Assembly: GCA_020719005.1 (NCBI GenBank)
Contig: DYQZ01000001.1
Span: forward strand, 5,779-69,778
Direction: 5' to 3'
DNA: 64,000 nt
Origin: Candidatus Omnitrophus sp.
GTDB lineage: Bacteria; Omnitrophota; Gorgyraeia; Zapsychrales; Fredricksoniimonadaceae
Below are positions 59,001 to 62,000 of the stretch, in pieces. Every line of letters begins with the position of its first letter. Position 1 is the stretch's first letter. The translations under genes were made by a program, and so were the position numbers. The notes beneath the pieces were generated by a model, which did no database searches, was not told the DNA's origin, and was given only the letters and a program-made list of their open reading frames with translations.

Positions 59001-62000
59001 TGCTTCCGCTCTTTGGCATTCATGATACGCAGCGCGGCTTTAAATTGTGGCGCAAAGAGATGATCCCGCTTTTTATCAAGTATGCCACCGAACACGGACT
59101 TGCGTTTGATACGGAACTCTTGTTACTTACACGGATGACGGGGAAGAAGATCATAGAAGTGCCGATCGCTTGGTTTGATTCTGCGGAAGCTAGCACGGTC
59201 GCGCTCGGCGTGGAATGGAAGGTCATGTTGCTTGCGGTCATCAAACAGGCGCGTCATTGGCTTAATCCTTTGATGTGGATGAAAGTTCGCTCTGCGATGA
59301 AGGACTCGGCGCGGTCGGTGCCGGATGAGAAGAAGGCATCAGCTTGGGCAGTGGGTCTTGAGATATTGCGTGTGGTCGGGATCTTCGGCTGGAAAATAAA
59401 GAGATTGAGGGTTGAGCACAATGTTACGCTCGCCGTGAATTTCCTGCGGTCGATCGGAGAAGAGGCGCGTGCGAAGGTGATCGAAGAAATGGCGCGTACC
59501 GGGCGTGTGCGGGCAGGTCCGTTCAAAGGGTTTTTGGCAACAACGTATCGCTGTTTGAATGGTAGTGAATATATCCTTCTTTCTGATCTTCCTTTATATG
59601 CCAAGCGTGGCTGGTTAAGTGCATGTGAAATGAATGCGAGTGTTGTGCACGAGAGCGGTGCGCTTTCAGCGTTCAGGCTTTCCCATGAAGATAATGTTAT
59701 TTTTGAGTCATGGTTCCGTCGGGCTTTTAATGTTGCCGCGTTGAAGCCTGTTGAGATCATAGATAATTTTACCGAGACACTGATCGAGCATCAGAGCGCT
59801 TTTGGGACAGGCGTTGTTGATCTGCGTCAGGTGCCGGAGAAAGTGGATGTTATTGTTGTCGGCGATCTGCATGGCCGCATTGATACGCTCGAGTCTATTT
59901 TAGGTCATCGGATCAAACGCGTGGTTGCTTTTCAGAAAGAATTGGAAGAGTCTGTTCTTGAGAGGGTCAGCTATGGACAGGCAGTTCTGCTCTTTTTAGG
60001 GGACGCGGTCCATGCAAGCCCACAGCGTGAGCAGGTGAGCAGGGCCGTTGAACAGGCCGCTTTTCAAAAAGGCAGAACGCTTACGGCATCTGAAAAAGAA
60101 GCCATCATCGCACCGTATTTCATCAATGCCGAAGCTTCTTTCAAGACGATGCAAAGGATCATGACACTTAAGATCATGTATCCGCGGCATGTGTATTATC
60201 TCTTGGGGAATCACGATCTCCTGGATTATCCCTGGGAAAAATTCACCGATGGTGTTGAAATTGATCAGACGAAGAATTATGTAGAGTATTTGCGAAGCGT
60301 TATCGGGGACGCGGGGGTTGAGAAATATAAAGAAGCCATGCGTTTGAGCCCGGTCCTTTTCTTGGGCAGGAATATCGTGGCGGCTCATGCCGGTCCAGTG
60401 AAAGGCCCTTGTTCGCTCGATGAGATCGGTCGGATCAATACGGCCTCGCTCGTCGATACCCGCATGCGGGACCTGTTGTTCAGCCGTTATTACAGGTTGT
60501 CATTAGTTGAGAGCAAAGATTACATGTATGACGAGTCTGATGTTGACGGCTTCTTGCGTGCTATTGGTTATGATCCGAAGATGACATCGTTCATTGTTGG
60601 CGATGCCCCGTTCGCAGGGAGCGCGTTCTATCATCAGGTTTTCTTGAATCATTATGTTGTTGCCGCAGCCAAGCGTGAGGCCGGGTATGCACTTTCCCGT
60701 GGGGGGCGTCTGGAGTTTGTGGTAGTTGAAGAATCTTCTTCTTTCAGGGTGTCCTCCTTTTTGCCCGTGTCTGTTGCAGCAGTGGCGGCATTCTCTCCTC
60801 GGGATATTCATGTACATGATCTGGTGGGTTGGGGTGGGATGCTTGTTGGTACCATGCTCGCGCTATTCTTATTGCGTAGAACAGATCGCCGGGAAGCTGC
60901 GAAAGAGGATCTGCCGAGAGATGGTTTTCGTACTGTTGATGAAGCGGCGTGGTATGCCATGGAGAGCATTAGCGGATCAACCCTTCCAGGATCCAAGGAC
61001 AGCGTTGAATGGGCGGGATGGATATACAAGAACGATGAGGGGACATATGCTTATACGTCCGCCCAGAAAGCAGGTAGAACGGGAGGCATTCTTGAGGGCA
61101 AGCCTAAGAACACAATGGCAGTGTATCATTCGCATTGTGCTTCCGGTCTTTACAGCGAATTCTTTTCTGATATGCAGACAGACCCTGTTACAGGAGAGCG
61201 CTTAGGGGATAAAGATAGCGCGCGTGCGCATCGCATTGATTGTTATGTTGTTACTCCGTCGGGAACAAAAAGGAAATACGAACATTTAGGGGAAGATGTT
61301 TTCGTTCTTTCCAATAAAGGCAAGAGCCAAACAAAAGACATGTTCGCCCGTCTGGATGAGTGGGGTATTGCTGATCCATGGATCGGTTTCTTGATGTCAC
61401 CTCAGGTGTGGATGAGGATGTTCGTCCGCCGGTGGTTGATCATACAGCCGGTCACAGGGGATCAGCATGGCGCTGCGACATCCATACCCCGGCAGATGCT
61501 GTTGGACAAGACAATACAATATAACGAGCGTGACCTGGAGATCTCTTGGAAGGCCAGAGAAGCGTTGATAGGGAAGACCGATCTGCATTGGAAAGATCCG
61601 GTCGTCTTAAGCAAGTCTGCCGCGACGGACGCGCTGATCGATCAGCTTGTTGAGAAGATAAGAGGGCATGAATTTGATGAAGGGGTCCCGTTGGCAGAGA
61701 TCGTTAAGACAAAGGGCAGGATCTTGTGTGAGTCGTTTGAATTCGTGCTGAGGGAGATATTAAAGAACGCTTTTGATGCGTATGCCATGACTGATCTGAA
61801 GTCTGAGACCGTGAAGGGGCCGGTGAGGGTGCGGATCTTTAGGCAGGGAGCTGACCTTGTCGTTGAAGTATCAGATAACGGCGTCGGGTTCGTTGAGGGC
61901 GTGGTCAAGGCAAAGATCTCAGGCAAGATCATTTTTGGCGGTAGAGGCATAGGCCTTTTGCGTTCGAGGATCCTTTGCCAGGTGCGCGGCGGGGATGTAA

